DNA from: Octopus sinensis
Lineage: Eukaryota
Assembly: GCF_006345805.1 (NCBI RefSeq)
Contig: NC_043005.1
Coordinates: 3,968,001-4,032,000, forward strand
DNA length: 64,000 nt
Direction: 5' to 3'
Each line of letters opens with the position of its first letter. Position 1 is the first letter of the stretch. Shown here piece after piece: positions 61,783-64,000 of this stretch. The translations under genes were made by a program, and so were the position numbers. The notes under the pieces were generated by a model, which saw only the letters and a program-made list of their open reading frames with translations, was not told the DNA's origin and made no database searches.

Positions 61783-64000
61783 ATATATCCATATATAGTC
61801 AAATACAAATAGAACCACACTAATAGCTTACAAGTGAAATTTAGGCTTTCTTGGTTTTCTGTGAATCGATTTTGATAAAGCTTTTCGCAGTTGGTTTGCA
61901 CACTATGGCAACACCATTGTTATGTTTTCATTATTCTGTGTAGCATCCTTTCTTTTTTTTGTTTCAGATTCTTCAGTTTTTGTGTGAACCACGCTAATAG
62001 CTTTTGAATGAAAATAACCCATCTAAACATTTTATATATATATATTATTTCTTTCTATAATGTATAAATTTAATAATTAAATTCAAAATTTTTCACAATA
62101 CTAGTCTTGAATTGAATACTGAAGCACCTTTCTGCATTTCAAATTGTCTCTGAATGTCAAATAAGAAAAGTTTTTATGAAACAATGAAAAGTTAGTGATC
62201 CGGTGGAAATCAAACCCATGCCTCCTAGTTGACACATTGCTGCATTGACCTCTATGTTACAGCTACTTATCCAAAGGTATTTTAAAATCATTTTAACAGG
62301 TCTCTTCTCTGAGTATAAACACTTTACCTTGAGGTACCATTGTACTGCTGCAGCCCATGATTTGCAAGTATTTCTCCCTCTTCCCCACTTTTCTCTTACT
62401 TGTCTGAAATATCAGACAAAACGTTCTGTGTGTTATTCTTTTTCCTCTGAATAAGCCATAAAAAAAATGTAGTTGTCCACCCTATGTGTACTCTTTGTGG
62501 GTTGCTACAACTTACTCTGGTATTGTATCTGAAGTTTCACAATCCAAACATTTCTAAATTTTACCAGAGTGAGTTTCAAACATCATTCATTGCATCACCA
62601 CTTCATCATTCTTTTACAAATGTATGATCGTCTGCCCCAAATACATTTTCTGAAGATCACTCCACCATGCTTTAGTCTCATACCTTACAATCTACATAAT
62701 TCATTCAAGTTTTTAAGCCTAAACATTTCTGAATTGTCTCTGAGTCTGTTTTTAATCATTACTCAGTGAATAATGGTTATATTTCTTTCACAGTCACTAT
62801 CACTCAAAAACATTCTTTGAAGATCACTACACTTGGCCTTGGTGTTTTAGCTTCGGGTTTATATAATTCACTCAAGTTTTTGCATCCAAACATTCCTAAA
62901 CTTTCTCTGGAATTTAATCCAAATATAATCACTACTTTATCACTCTTTCACTCCTACTCTTGATGCTATCATGAACTGACCAACGTTCAATTTTAGTTTG
63001 GGTTTTACATTGTAACTTCTAACTTTTAAACATTACATTCAATTTTGGTTACACATGTTCACTAAATTCCTCATACAGTACTACCAATAATTTCTCCTCC
63101 CTTTCGGTGAATTTACAAATACAGTGCGTTTGTACATATCTCAACCTGTTTCCTACCAAAATCATTATCATTATACCATAATAGTCCTATTTTCTCTTCT
63201 ACACAATCTTTGTTTACTAATCCAATGAACATGAAGCCTGAATGTTTGTTTGAAATGAAAACAATTTCTATGTCAATCACATCATGACTGTCCTGGTCTA
63301 TTTTTGGAATGGTTCTTCCTGCTGATCCCATACTTCCTACTTTTTTTTTGTTTAACAAAAATCAATCATTTATCAGTTGAGTTTTCAATCATACAACAAG
63401 AGATGTATGGCCAATGAGGCCAAAAATACTACAACGAAAATAAATAGTCTAAAAATCAATATTATTAATTATTGAGCAAGGATTTCATTAAAACTGCAAA
63501 ACAATTAAAAAAAGAAATGCCCTTACTTCAGCTTACATAAACCCAAAATGTAGCAGAGTTGCACCAGATTAATGAATAGCAATTATATTTTCTCTCAAAA
63601 CTCCAGCTCTGAGGATCGGAAATGTCAGTTTAAGCTGAATTAAGCACATTTATAATATTTTTGTAATGCAAACTTTTGTAAGGAATACTTAATGCTGGTG
63701 GTCTGAGAATTTTTGATTTTGTTGCAGTGCCTGTGTATTTTTAACCTAACCAACCATTGTGAAAGTGTATATACGTATTTTTAGACAAAACAACCATATG
63801 GCTTATGAAATATAATTGAAACTTCATCCTGTTTTTATTAACCATTTTTTCGTACTTGTTCCTTTTTAAAATTTATTTTAGCTTTTGCTTGTTTAAGTCA
63901 GTGGCCTGCAGCCATTCTGGGGCACCACCTTGAAGGATTTAGTCGAATAAATTTACTCCAGAACTTATTTTTTAAATCTGGTACTTATTCTATTGATCCC

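Noticed and set aside
63113-63358. 81-aa minus-strand ORF as a coding exon
   Set aside because: No recognisable domain, weak splice signals and no supporting neighbouring exons.

Overview
Repeat-saturated, AT-rich non-coding animal DNA. The SINE families and microsatellite load point to an octopus (coleoid cephalopod) genome; this is inferred from recognised repeat sequences, not from a search. I could not support any intact host protein-coding gene, tRNA or rRNA. Most ORF-track entries are translations of (TA)n, (CA)n and (TATG)n microsatellites. The remainder are decayed retrotransposons (RTE, CR1-like, R4/Dong-like, Tx1-like, Penelope) and DNA transposons (mariner, Tc1, Merlin, hAT-type and Merlin-type MITEs, Helitron-like). 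The most notable signal is a set of minimal type I hammerhead ribozyme motifs of the Penelope/retrozyme kind, from several unrelated sequence families. Two young elements (16927-17280 and 40294-41136) are near-perfect fold-backs carrying a ribozyme on each strand. The 40-41 kb element is a ~362-bp tandem unit whose core has a compensatory U3-A8 pair in place of C3-G8. Also present: a 2.6-kb, 34-bp minisatellite apparently born from a SINE segment with a 7-unit higher-order repeat, an unannotated Merlin transposase remnant with matching GG-ended MITEs, and a candidate housekeeping-type promoter near 5.9-6.1 kb.
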